Source: Limnochordia bacterium | Lineage (GTDB): Bacteria; Bacillota; Limnochordia; Darwinibacteriales; SLO01 | Length of the DNA: 34,919 nt | Direction of reading: 5' to 3' | Assembly: GCA_007132635.1 (NCBI GenBank) | Contig: SLOG01000019.1 | Span: 1-34,919, forward strand | In this document: piece by piece, positions 8,292 through 14,928 of the stretch | How the letters are laid out: every line of letters begins with the position of its first letter | How positions within the stretch are numbered: position 1 is the first letter of the stretch | Program-made: the position numbers and the translations under genes | Notes under the pieces: model-generated | Seen by the model: only the letters and a program-made list of their open reading frames with translations | What the model was told of the DNA's origin: nothing | Database searches by the model: none

Positions 8292-8789
8292 ATGTTTGAT
8301 TCTAATGCTAGTATGATCATGCTGTTCGTTACGATTATCATCGTCGTGCTGACAACAGCTGTCTTGGTACTTCGCTGGTTTATCCACCAAGAACGCATGG
8401 CGCTCATCAAGCATGGGCATGGGCGGCGACTCGAACCCGACGGCGCGGGTTCTTCTGCTTCGAAGACAACACTGGCATGGGGCGTAGGAATTGTTCTCCT
8501 TGGGCTTGCCTTGGTACTGGGTCTGATAACCATAGGCATTGGTCCTTGGCTGTTGTTTGGGCTGATTCCACTCGGTGCTGGGATTGCTCTGATCGCAGCT
8601 CACATGATAACGTCTGGCACTAAGCGACAGGAGGCGGAACCAGCTGCGGAAGACACAGGAGCCTTCGACTCGAAGGTCTCACCCGCCAAGTCTACTCCCG
8701 AAGAGGTCGAGGACAGCATTCCTCCAACAGAAAGTGAGGATATTGAACAGGACGAGTCGAAAAAAGACGAACCGTTTGGGAGATCTTGA
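8292..8789 (+). CDS. Small integral membrane protein with an acidic C-terminal tail (possibly DUF6249-like)
   Basis: GAGAGGAG SD upstream. N-terminal TM segment followed by 'HQERMALIKHG', then two more hydrophobic segments and an E/D-rich tail. The family assignment is from memory only. Confidence 0.55.
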   Translation: MFDSNASMIMLFVTIIIVVLTTAVLVLRWFIHQERMALIKHGHGRRLEPDGAGSSASKTTLAWGVGIVLLGLALVLGLITIGIGPWLLFGLIPLGAGIALIAAHMITSGTKRQEAEPAAEDTGAFDSKVSPAKSTPEEVEDSIPPTESEDIEQDESKKDEPFGRS

Positions 8790-8810
8790 GCTGCCCTGTC
8801 TCTTCGCATG

Positions 8811-9968
8811 TCATCTTTTGATGGCTTCATAGATCCTCTGTACTGCGCTGCGAAAGACTGAAGAGCGTAACTCGACAGCATCATGGGGGCAGAGTTCATG
8901 GCAGCAGTAGCACTGCACACAGCTGCTCGCATCCACCACATGCTGGCCGTCAATGAAACGAATCGCCTCTACGGGGCAGGCGCGGCGACAGATGCCGCAG
9001 TTGATGCAGCTCGCGGAGTCAATTTTGGGGTAGGCACTGAGCAGCGAGATTCCGGTCTTAGCAGCAAAACCCGGCAGCGGCAGGCCTCTTCTGCGGAAGC
9101 GGAAGTCACTGACAGTCAAGGCTGCTGCCGGTCCTTCTACCTCAAGGGCACTTTCGTCAGACTCGCCCAAGCCTCGCGCTTTGGCCTTAACGAACACCGC
9201 CAAATCACCGGTTGGTATGCCTACTAACCGACACGCTGCGGCATCGACAGCCACTCCGTCGCTTCCAGCAATTAAAGCACCCACATGGCGCGGCGTGCCG
9301 GCGGCCGGGCCATCACCTTCCATGGCAGTAATCCCGTCCATTATGCTCAACCCCGGCGCGGCTAAGGAAAAGATGTCCAAAATATAGTCGCTAAACTGCT
9401 CGAGCCCCGGCGCCTCTTTGTGGTACCACATTTTCCGATTGCCCGGCACACAGCCATACATATTCTTGACGGCCCCCGTGAACACCGTTAGCGAGTGTGT
9501 TTTTAGCTTCGGCATATTTATTACGAGATCTGCCTCGAGCACGGGCTTGGCCAGAACAATAGCACCAAAGGAGTCTCCCCTCGGATTGGGCAGCGACACC
9601 ACTTCCGAACGGTCAAAATTAATGACTTCCACACCCAACTCTTGAGCGACATCAGCGATGCCGCTCACAGCAAATGACTCTGCGGTACGCTCACCGCCAG
9701 GGAATACCCCGCCGGAACTGTCGCCAACCTGAACCCGCGCTCCTACCTCCATTAAGCATTTTGCTACAGCCCAAACCACCACAGGGTGTGTCGTCACCGC
9801 TCTGTTCGGCTCTTTGGGCCCGAGCAGGTTCACTTTTATGAGGACTGTGGAATTGGAGTTAGCCCATGAGGTTATGCCGCCCAACCGTTCAAACAGATGT
9901 CTCACGCGCGCCTCTACTACCTCCCGCCGATAGTCGGGACAGTGTTCCACAACAACGCGGCTAGACAT
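8811..9968 (-). CDS. DUF362 domain protein fused to a C-terminal 2x[4Fe-4S] ferredoxin domain
   Basis: Start trimmed to the ATG at 9968 (GAGGAGG 6 nt upstream), which overlaps the stop of the upstream gene by 8 nt. The DUF362-like core includes 'VLIKVNLL' and 'MPKLKTHSLT'. The C-terminus carries 'CINCGICRRACP' and 'CVQCYCCHELCP'. Confidence 0.8.
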   Translation of the reverse strand: MSSRVVVEHCPDYRREVVEARVRHLFERLGGITSWANSNSTVLIKVNLLGPKEPNRAVTTHPVVVWAVAKCLMEVGARVQVGDSSGGVFPGGERTAESFAVSGIADVAQELGVEVINFDRSEVVSLPNPRGDSFGAIVLAKPVLEADLVINMPKLKTHSLTVFTGAVKNMYGCVPGNRKMWYHKEAPGLEQFSDYILDIFSLAAPGLSIMDGITAMEGDGPAAGTPRHVGALIAGSDGVAVDAAACRLVGIPTGDLAVFVKAKARGLGESDESALEVEGPAAALTVSDFRFRRRGLPLPGFAAKTGISLLSAYPKIDSASCINCGICRRACPVEAIRFIDGQHVVDASSCVQCYCCHELCPHDAVELRSSVFRSAVQRIYEAIKR

Positions 9969-10350
9969 CGTTGGCCTCCTCTGCCAGAACCTTCGCGACA
10001 TCGATGGCCTCAGCAGCCACAACGACGGCTGCGGTACCCCCGTGGAAATTGGGGTTACTCGTCAGTGTAAAATCTAGGCCTTTTTGCTGCGCTTGTTTGA
10101 TAAACGGCATCGTCTGCGAGGACGCCTTGCTGTGAATCACCAGCTCATCAGCCCTATCATCACGGATGGCCTCCTCCATAGCGTTTTTTCCGACCGAACT
10201 GCGAAGCTGCTCAAACGTCACCGCCTGCAATACTCTCTCTCGGAAAAAGCCCAAAAACCTGCGCTTCTCCTCGCGGCGCAGCTGCGGGCTGCCCTGCATG
10301 CCGGCCGAAACTGTTCGCTCAAGCTCAGCCTTCTTTTGGTTGTTTGCCAA
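9961..10350 (-). CDS. YueI/DUF1694 family protein
   Basis: 'EEKRRFLGFFRERVLQAVTFEQL' and the C-terminal 'DFTLTSNPNFHGGTAAVVVAAEAID' resemble my memory of B. subtilis YueI. The TTG at 10350 is the first possible start after an in-frame TGA. Confidence 0.65.
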   Translation of the reverse strand: MANNQKKAELERTVSAGMQGSPQLRREEKRRFLGFFRERVLQAVTFEQLRSSVGKNAMEEAIRDDRADELVIHSKASSQTMPFIKQAQQKGLDFTLTSNPNFHGGTAAVVVAAEAIDVAKVLAEEANDV

Positions 10351-10356
10351 TACGAC

Positions 10357-10390
10357 TCACTGCTGCAAGAACAGCAGTGATCACCTCCTT
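10357..10390 (-). promoter_or_regulatory. Strong SD (AAGGAGGTGA) separated from the yueI-like TTG start by a perfect 9-bp hairpin
   Basis: The minus strand reads AAGGAGGTGA-TCACTGCTG-ttcttg-CAGCAGTGA-gtcgta-TTG. The linear SD-to-start distance is 30 nt, but only about 6 nt if the hairpin forms. Confidence 0.4.
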
Positions 10391-10433
10391 AGCTTTGAAA
10401 CCAATTTTCCGGAAAGTTCCGGAGGGCTATTGG

Positions 10434-10826
10434 TTATTGAGGAATCTCTATCTCGCCCTGCCAGCCAAGCATGCCATCAACTAGATTATCCACGCGTGTG
10501 AATCCCATCTCCTGCAGAATGCCCTGCGCCACCCGACTCCGGTTTCCGCTGCGGCACACAGTCACAATCCAGGTATCCCGATCCAACTCGGCGATCATCG
10601 GATCATCGGCAAGCTGACCTCCCGGGATTGGGTGAGCATTAGGAATGATCCCGAGCGCATGCTCATGCGGCTCCCGGACATCAATGACAACCACAGCTTC
10701 ACCGTATTCCAAAAGTTCTTGGAGTTCCTCTGCAGACATGTCGCCAGCCTCAGAAAACGGAAACGGAAGAAACAGACTCCCTGCCAATAGAGTAACCATC
10801 GCAGCAAAAATGACCTTTATCTTCAT
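10434..10826 (-). CDS. Exported single-domain rhodanese (sulfurtransferase)
   Basis: Start at the ATG at 10826 (AAGGGAGG 7 nt upstream). Signal-peptide-like 'MKIKVIFAAMVTLLAGSLFLPFPFSEA'. Rhodanese active-site loop 'CRSGNRS'. Confidence 0.85.
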   Translation of the reverse strand: MKIKVIFAAMVTLLAGSLFLPFPFSEAGDMSAEELQELLEYGEAVVVIDVREPHEHALGIIPNAHPIPGGQLADDPMIAELDRDTWIVTVCRSGNRSRVAQGILQEMGFTRVDNLVDGMLGWQGEIEIPQ

Positions 10827-10890
10827 CGCGTCTACCTCCCTTATTGTTCTTGCTCCTAAAGGAAATCCACAATTTCCCTCTCGTCTGATC

Positions 10891-10957
10891 AAAAAAAGGC
10901 CTATCCGGGAGCGCGTGTTTCACAAACATTGCGGACACTCACCCATCGTTAGGCCTA
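10891..10957 (-). terminator. Possible long-hairpin intrinsic terminator downstream of tRNA-Leu and repeat copy 3
   Basis: On the minus strand, AGGCCTA ... TAGGCCT (7 bp) closes an imperfect long stem (GGGTGAGTGT / ACACGCGCTCCC). A T7 run follows directly (plus-strand A7 at 10891-10897). Confidence 0.4.
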
Positions 10958-11046
10958 GAAGGCAGTTGATTTTCTCGGTTTTGACGAGTGCCGGTTCACC
11001 TCGTTTACCTTAAATGCCAGGTAAACGAGGTGCTGTGATGCCCTCG
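10958..11046. repeat. Copy 3 (right arm missing) of the imperfect-palindromic element, 19 nt from the 3' end of tRNA-Leu
   Basis: The left arm and the central hairpin CACCTCGTTTACC-TTAAATGCCA-GGTAAACGAGGTG (13 bp, perfect) are intact. Similarity to copies 1 and 2 stops after 'GATGCCCTCG'. Confidence 0.85.
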
Positions 11047-11065
11047 GGAGACTGCCAATTTCCAT

Positions 11066-11153
11066 TGGTGCCGGGAGCGGGACTTGAACCCGCACGAGCG
11101 AAGTGCCCAACGGATTTTAAGTCCGCAGCGTCTGCCGATTCCGCCACCCCGGC
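11066..11153 (-). tRNA. tRNA-Leu (anticodon UAA), type II with a long variable arm and encoded CCA
   Basis: The reverse complement reads GCCGGGGTGGCGGAATCGGCAGACGCTGCGGACTTAAAATCCGTTGGGCACTTCGCTCGTGCGGGTTCAAGTCCCGCTCCCGGCACCA. It has a 7-bp acceptor stem, anticodon loop CUUAAAA and T-arm GCGGG-TTCAAGT-CCCGC. Confidence 0.9.
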
Positions 11154-11168
11154 ATTCTAACAAAACCA

Positions 11169-11197
11169 ATTATAGTACAGATCAATGCACTAGTCAA
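11169..11197 (-). promoter_or_regulatory. Near-consensus sigma-A promoter for tRNA-Leu (TTGACT-17-TATAAT)
   Basis: On the minus strand, TTGACT (11192-11197, overlapping the ppx stop codon), a 17-nt spacer, then TATAAT (11169-11174). The -10 lies about 15 nt upstream of the mature tRNA 5' end. Confidence 0.65.
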
Positions 11198-12119
11198 CGA
11201 CTGCCGACTGCAGAATCAGGCCTTGCAGCAGATCACTATCCACCACCATCACAGACCCCGCACGGAAGTGCTCCATAAGCCCAAGGAGAATGCTCAGGCC
11301 GGCTACAATAACATCTTCCCGACCCGGCACTAAACCAATAACTTTGGAGCGGTCTGCTAAGGTCATTCTGCGCAGACGTTCACGCATGTCAGCGATTGTT
11401 TCCTTCGTGTGTATGGTTCGGGTTACTGATAGGGCATCATAAGCAGCCAACCCCAACGCTACAGCCGCCATGGTCGTGGCCGTTCCGCCCACGGCCACCA
11501 AGACAGCGGCTCCAGCCTCCTCATAGGACGGAAGTTCATCTGCCAGTTGGGTGCGCACACTCAATTGCAGCCTCGCCACTTCGTCGTCAGGCACAGGATG
11601 GCTAGTGATCCACTTCTCGGTCATACGAACGGAGCCTAACTGCAAGCTGTAAGCCGCGAGTACCGTCCCGTCCGAAATGCCAACGACGACCTCTGAGCTG
11701 CCGCCGCCGATATCAGTGACAATAATTTTGGTGCTGCCGCCTAGCGAAGACCCAGCAGCGTCAACAGCACCCAGAAAGGACAGCTGCGCCTCTTCGTCGC
11801 CGCCCAAGATGCGAACCTCCCAACCCACGCGCCGACGAATCTGATCCGCAAACTCATCCCGGTTGGCACTGTCCCGCACTGCACTTGTAGCGGTTAACTG
11901 CACAGTTGACACGGGCAGCGAACTAACAATCTCGCGGTACTCTTCCAAGGCCTGGAGCGTACGTTCCATGGCCGCTTCTGCCAGGCATCCCTGCCTATCT
12001 ACGTCCTGTCCCAAACGCGTTATGCGAAGTTCATGCCGCACCGGGATGAGTTGTTTCTCCTGCAGATTCGCCACCAGAAGTCGAACGGAATTCGTCCCGA
12101 TATCCATGACAGCATGCAC
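11190..12119 (-). CDS. ppx: Exopolyphosphatase / guanosine pentaphosphate phosphohydrolase (Ppx/GppA family)
   Basis: Contains 'MDIGTNSVRLLVA', 'ATSAVRDSANRDEF' and 'DIGGGSSEVV'. The ORF is open to 12149. A GTG at 12119 lies 7 nt after GGGAG and just past the DUF501 stop, so it is the preferred start. Confidence 0.85.
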   Translation of the reverse strand: MHAVMDIGTNSVRLLVANLQEKQLIPVRHELRITRLGQDVDRQGCLAEAAMERTLQALEEYREIVSSLPVSTVQLTATSAVRDSANRDEFADQIRRRVGWEVRILGGDEEAQLSFLGAVDAAGSSLGGSTKIIVTDIGGGSSEVVVGISDGTVLAAYSLQLGSVRMTEKWITSHPVPDDEVARLQLSVRTQLADELPSYEEAGAAVLVAVGGTATTMAAVALGLAAYDALSVTRTIHTKETIADMRERLRRMTLADRSKVIGLVPGREDVIVAGLSILLGLMEHFRAGSVMVVDSDLLQGLILQSAVVD

Positions 12120-12123
12120 AGAC

Positions 12124-12693
12124 TCACTCCCTCTCACGGCCGCAGTCACCCGAAGAACAGCATGTGATATTGTTCAGCATATCCAACACCTTGGCGCCAA
12201 TAACATTGTATCCTCGGCCGAGATGATCGGCCACATGGCAGTGCAGGCATTTGACACCATCGCGATTGCGGATGCCTCCCACGCCGCTGCTGGTTAACAC
12301 TTTATGGCGGTTCGGGTATTTCTCATGAAACGACCGCAGAACATCGTCCGGCACCAAGCCCGCCCTCATGGCAGCATACGTTTCGTGTTCCGTTTCTAGT
12401 TGATGCAGAAAGGACTCGTCCTCCCCTGTCATGGCTTGAAATCGCCCAATCCATCCCTCGCTTTCTAGAGAAGCCACACGGCGGCGCAGATACGGACAGG
12501 TCAGCCAAAACAGAGTCGGAAACACCTTCACGTCTTCCATTTGTGTGCTCATAGGCCGATTAGCTATAACCTGAGGAAACCCGTACGAACAGCGAACCGC
12601 TATCCCAATGACTCCACGCGGCTTCCGATCCAGCTGCTTGACAATAATCTGGTGGTCACCCGCTGAAACCGGTTCCCACTTATCGTTATTCAA
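12124..12693 (-). CDS. DUF501 domain protein
   Basis: 'FPTLFWLTCPYLRRRVASLESEGWI' is typical of DUF501. The adjacency of DUF501 to ppx is a conserved pairing in my recollection. TTG start. Confidence 0.75.
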   Translation of the reverse strand: MNNDKWEPVSAGDHQIIVKQLDRKPRGVIGIAVRCSYGFPQVIANRPMSTQMEDVKVFPTLFWLTCPYLRRRVASLESEGWIGRFQAMTGEDESFLHQLETEHETYAAMRAGLVPDDVLRSFHEKYPNRHKVLTSSGVGGIRNRDGVKCLHCHVADHLGRGYNVIGAKVLDMLNNITCCSSGDCGRERE

Positions 12694-12741
12694 CTAGTTT
12701 GTGCTCCCTTCAACAGAAATCATTGTATCCCTGTACCAAAG

Positions 12742-12763
12742 AAAAACATCCCCGAAGGGATGT
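12742..12763 (-). terminator. Intrinsic terminator after the S1-domain gene
   Basis: The minus strand reads ACATCCC-TTCG-GGGATGT followed by TTTTTCTTTGG, 29 nt after the stop codon. Confidence 0.7.
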
Positions 12764-12791
12764 AAGCCTCTGCATTGAAAGGCAAAGTATA

Positions 12792-13187
12792 CTACTTAGC
12801 GCCCCTGCCTCCTCGCTTCGAATCTTGATTTCTCTTCAGACTCTGCTGACGCTCTTCGCTGTCCTTCAGAAAGCGAGACAATCGGTCTTCGAAGCCAATA
12901 CCGCTGTTGGGTTTCCTTCTATTGCGAGAGAATTTGTTTGCCGTACTCTGGGGTTTTGGGTTCACCTGCTTTATGGAAAGTCCAATCTTGCCCTCGGAAA
13001 CATTAATGACCTTGACTTTGACTGTTTCGTCTTGTTTTAGGTACTCGTTGATATCCTTCACATAGGCATCAGCCACTTCGGAGATGTGAACAAGACCAGT
13101 CTTACCATCGGACAGCTCCACAAAAGCGCCAAAATTGGTGATCCCAGTAACCTTTCCCTCGACAATACTGCCGACATCGATTGCCAT
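12792..13187 (-). CDS. yabR: S1 RNA-binding domain protein (YabR / general stress protein 13-like)
   Basis: 'GSIVEGKVTGITNFGAFVELSDGKTGLVHISEVADAYVKDI' is a canonical S1 domain. GAGGAGGA SD. Located directly after divIC, as in B. subtilis. Confidence 0.85.
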   Translation of the reverse strand: MAIDVGSIVEGKVTGITNFGAFVELSDGKTGLVHISEVADAYVKDINEYLKQDETVKVKVINVSEGKIGLSIKQVNPKPQSTANKFSRNRRKPNSGIGFEDRLSRFLKDSEERQQSLKRNQDSKRGGRGAK

Positions 13188-13244
13188 ACGTTAATAAATT
13201 CCTCCTCGTAGGTTTTGCCGTTTGCAGGGCACGCGGCTACCTGT

Positions 13245-13273
13245 ATTATACATTATCGGAATATTAGTGTCAA
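13245..13273 (-). promoter_or_regulatory. Consensus sigma-A promoter (TTGACA-17-TATAAT) upstream of the S1-domain gene
   Basis: The minus strand reads TTGACActaatattccgataatgTATAAT, about 55 nt upstream of the ATG at 13187. Confidence 0.7.
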
Positions 13274-13291
13274 CGCGCCCGCGCCACATTT

Positions 13292-13618
13292 TCAGTCGTC
13301 GGGGATCGGCTGAGACAGAATATACAGCTCCTCACCCGGTTTCACTAAGCCTAGCTCCTCCCGAGCCATTCGTTCGATATACTCAGCCGACTGGAGACGC
13401 TCCAGTTCACTGCGGATCTTTTCGTTGCGGATTTCAACAGCCCGAATGCGGCTCTCCACTTCTGCCAGTTCCTGCTTGAGCTGATAGCTCCGCACAAACC
13501 CTTGTCCGAAGGTCCAGACCAGCCAAACAGCAAGCCCGATCAGAAGCAGGGTACCCCAGCGAATACGGCGCCTCGGTGGTCTCGCCTTCACATCATAGAG
13601 TCGTCCCTTCCCTGCCAT
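13292..13618 (-). CDS. divIC: Septum formation initiator (FtsB/DivIC family)
   Basis: Start trimmed to the ATG at 13618 (GAGGTGG upstream). Basic N-terminus, one TM segment ('WGTLLLIGLAVWLVW'), a coiled coil and the family-typical C-terminus 'YIERMAREELGLVKPGEELY'. Confidence 0.75.
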   Translation of the reverse strand: MAGKGRLYDVKARPPRRRIRWGTLLLIGLAVWLVWTFGQGFVRSYQLKQELAEVESRIRAVEIRNEKIRSELERLQSAEYIERMAREELGLVKPGEELYILSQPIPDD

Positions 13619-13740
13619 CCAACCACCTCTTGTGATTTCTCTTCGCTGCAGGGCCTCAGGATCCTGCTTGAGTATAGAAACACCTCGAAATGCCGATTTT
13701 TTCGGGAAAATCCGTTGAACAGGAAGGACAAAGCAAGATT

Positions 13741-13749
13741 TGGTAGAAT
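13741..13749 (+). promoter_or_regulatory. Candidate extended -10 promoter (TGgTAGAAT) for hup
   Basis: TGgTAGAAT lies about 38 nt upstream of the hup ATG, with no good -35. Confidence 0.4.
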
Positions 13750-13786
13750 ACACTGTACGTATCTTTGTATCGAAGGAGGTTAAAGA

Positions 13787-14065
13787 ATGAATAAGAGTGA
13801 GCTGATTGGTGCTGTTGCTGAAAAGACAGGTGCGACCAAGAAAGTAGCTGGCGACGCTGTTGAAGCTGTCTTCTCCGCCATTGAAGAGACCTTAGCCAAA
13901 GGCGAAAAGGTCACCCTTGTCGGTTTTGGCACCTTCGAAGTCCGAGACAGAGCTGCTCGAGAAGGCGTTAACCCCTCAACAAAAGAGAAAATCACGATTC
14001 CAGCCACAAAAGTCCCCGCTTTTAAACCTGGAAAGTCCTTAAAAGATGTAGTGGCCTCGAAGTAA
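13787..14065 (+). CDS. hup: Nucleoid-associated DNA-binding protein HU
   Basis: '[15 protein letters not shown]...[46 protein letters not shown]' is full-length HU. AAGGAGG SD. Confidence 0.92.
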   Translation: MNKSELIGAVAEKTGATKKVAGDAVEAVFSAIEETLAKGEKVTLVGFGTFEVRDRAAREGVNPSTKEKITIPATKVPAFKPGKSLKDVVASK

Positions 14066-14070
14066 CCCAC

Positions 14071-14097
14071 AGCCTGCTTATGCAGGCTCTTTCTCTG
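14071..14097 (+). terminator. Probable intrinsic terminator after hup
   Basis: AGCCTGC-TTAT-GCAGGCT followed by CTTTCTCTG. The U-tract is weak, so read-through into mazG is plausible. Confidence 0.45.
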
Positions 14098-14134
14098 CCC
14101 AAAAACGTCCCGGTGATCCCGTGAGGAGGTTCTC

Positions 14135-14923
14135 ATGTCTGACCAACACCAGCTTGACAGGCTTCTGAGCATTATGGAAACACTGCGTTCACCCCAAGGA
14201 TGTCCTTGGGATCGAGAACAGACCCACGCGAGCATGATTAACGACCTAATTGAGGAATGCTATGAAGTCGTGGAGGCTATCCAGGACGGAGACCCAAAAC
14301 TCATGCGGGATGAACTAGGCGACCTGCTCCTCCAGGTTGTTTTCCACGCCCAGATTGCCGCTGAAAACGCTGAATTCGATTTCAACGACGTTCTGGAAGC
14401 GATTGGGGACAAACTCATCCGCCGGCATCCCCATGTCTTCGCCGACGAGCAGGTGGATTCCGTGAAGGACGTTCTGGCCAATTGGGAAATGATCAAGGAA
14501 ACCGAGTCAACTCATCAAACCCGCACATCTCTTTTGGATGGAATTCCCAAGAGTCTCCCCGCGATGCTACGAGCTGACAAGACCCAGCGCCGCGCCGCCA
14601 AAATCGGTTTCGATTGGAGCTGCGCTTCGGCGACGATCGCGAAGATCCATGAAGAAACGCTCGAACTGCAAAATGCCATCGAACAAGAAGATAATGACCG
14701 GTGTGAAGCTGAACTGGGGGACCTGCTTTTCTCCTTGGTGAACACGGCTCGCCACCTTGGCATCAACCCAGAAACGGCTCTGCACCGGACAACGGATACG
14801 TTCGCAGCTCGCTTTCGAATCATGGAAGGTCGCGCAGCCAAGGAAGGCCGCGTGCTGGAAGACATGTCGCTAAGCGAACTCGATTCCTGGTGGGACGCGG
14901 CAAAACGAGAACTCGAACGCTAA
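14135..14923 (+). CDS. mazG: Nucleoside triphosphate pyrophosphohydrolase MazG (tandem MazG domains)
   Basis: Contains 'CPWDREQTHASM...LIEECYEVVEAI...ELGDLLLQVVFHAQIA' and a second 'EAELGDLLFSLVNTARHLGINPE' domain. Confidence 0.88.
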   Translation: MSDQHQLDRLLSIMETLRSPQGCPWDREQTHASMINDLIEECYEVVEAIQDGDPKLMRDELGDLLLQVVFHAQIAAENAEFDFNDVLEAIGDKLIRRHPHVFADEQVDSVKDVLANWEMIKETESTHQTRTSLLDGIPKSLPAMLRADKTQRRAAKIGFDWSCASATIAKIHEETLELQNAIEQEDNDRCEAELGDLLFSLVNTARHLGINPETALHRTTDTFAARFRIMEGRAAKEGRVLEDMSLSELDSWWDAAKRELER

Positions 14924-14928
14924 CTGCT

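Noticed and set aside
9968-10022. Twin-arginine-like 'MSRRFWQRR' at the extended N-terminus of the DUF362 ORF, next to a Tat cluster
   Set aside because: No hydrophobic h-region follows the RR motif. The extension overlaps the YueI-like gene in another frame. A strong SD precedes the internal ATG at 9968, so the extension is very unlikely to be translated.
6604-11046. The three repeats could be a CRISPR array or its remnant
   Set aside because: The units are about 120 nt and internally palindromic, far longer than CRISPR repeats. They are separated by 1.4-2.8 kb of ordinary genes rather than 30-40-nt spacers, and no cas genes are present.
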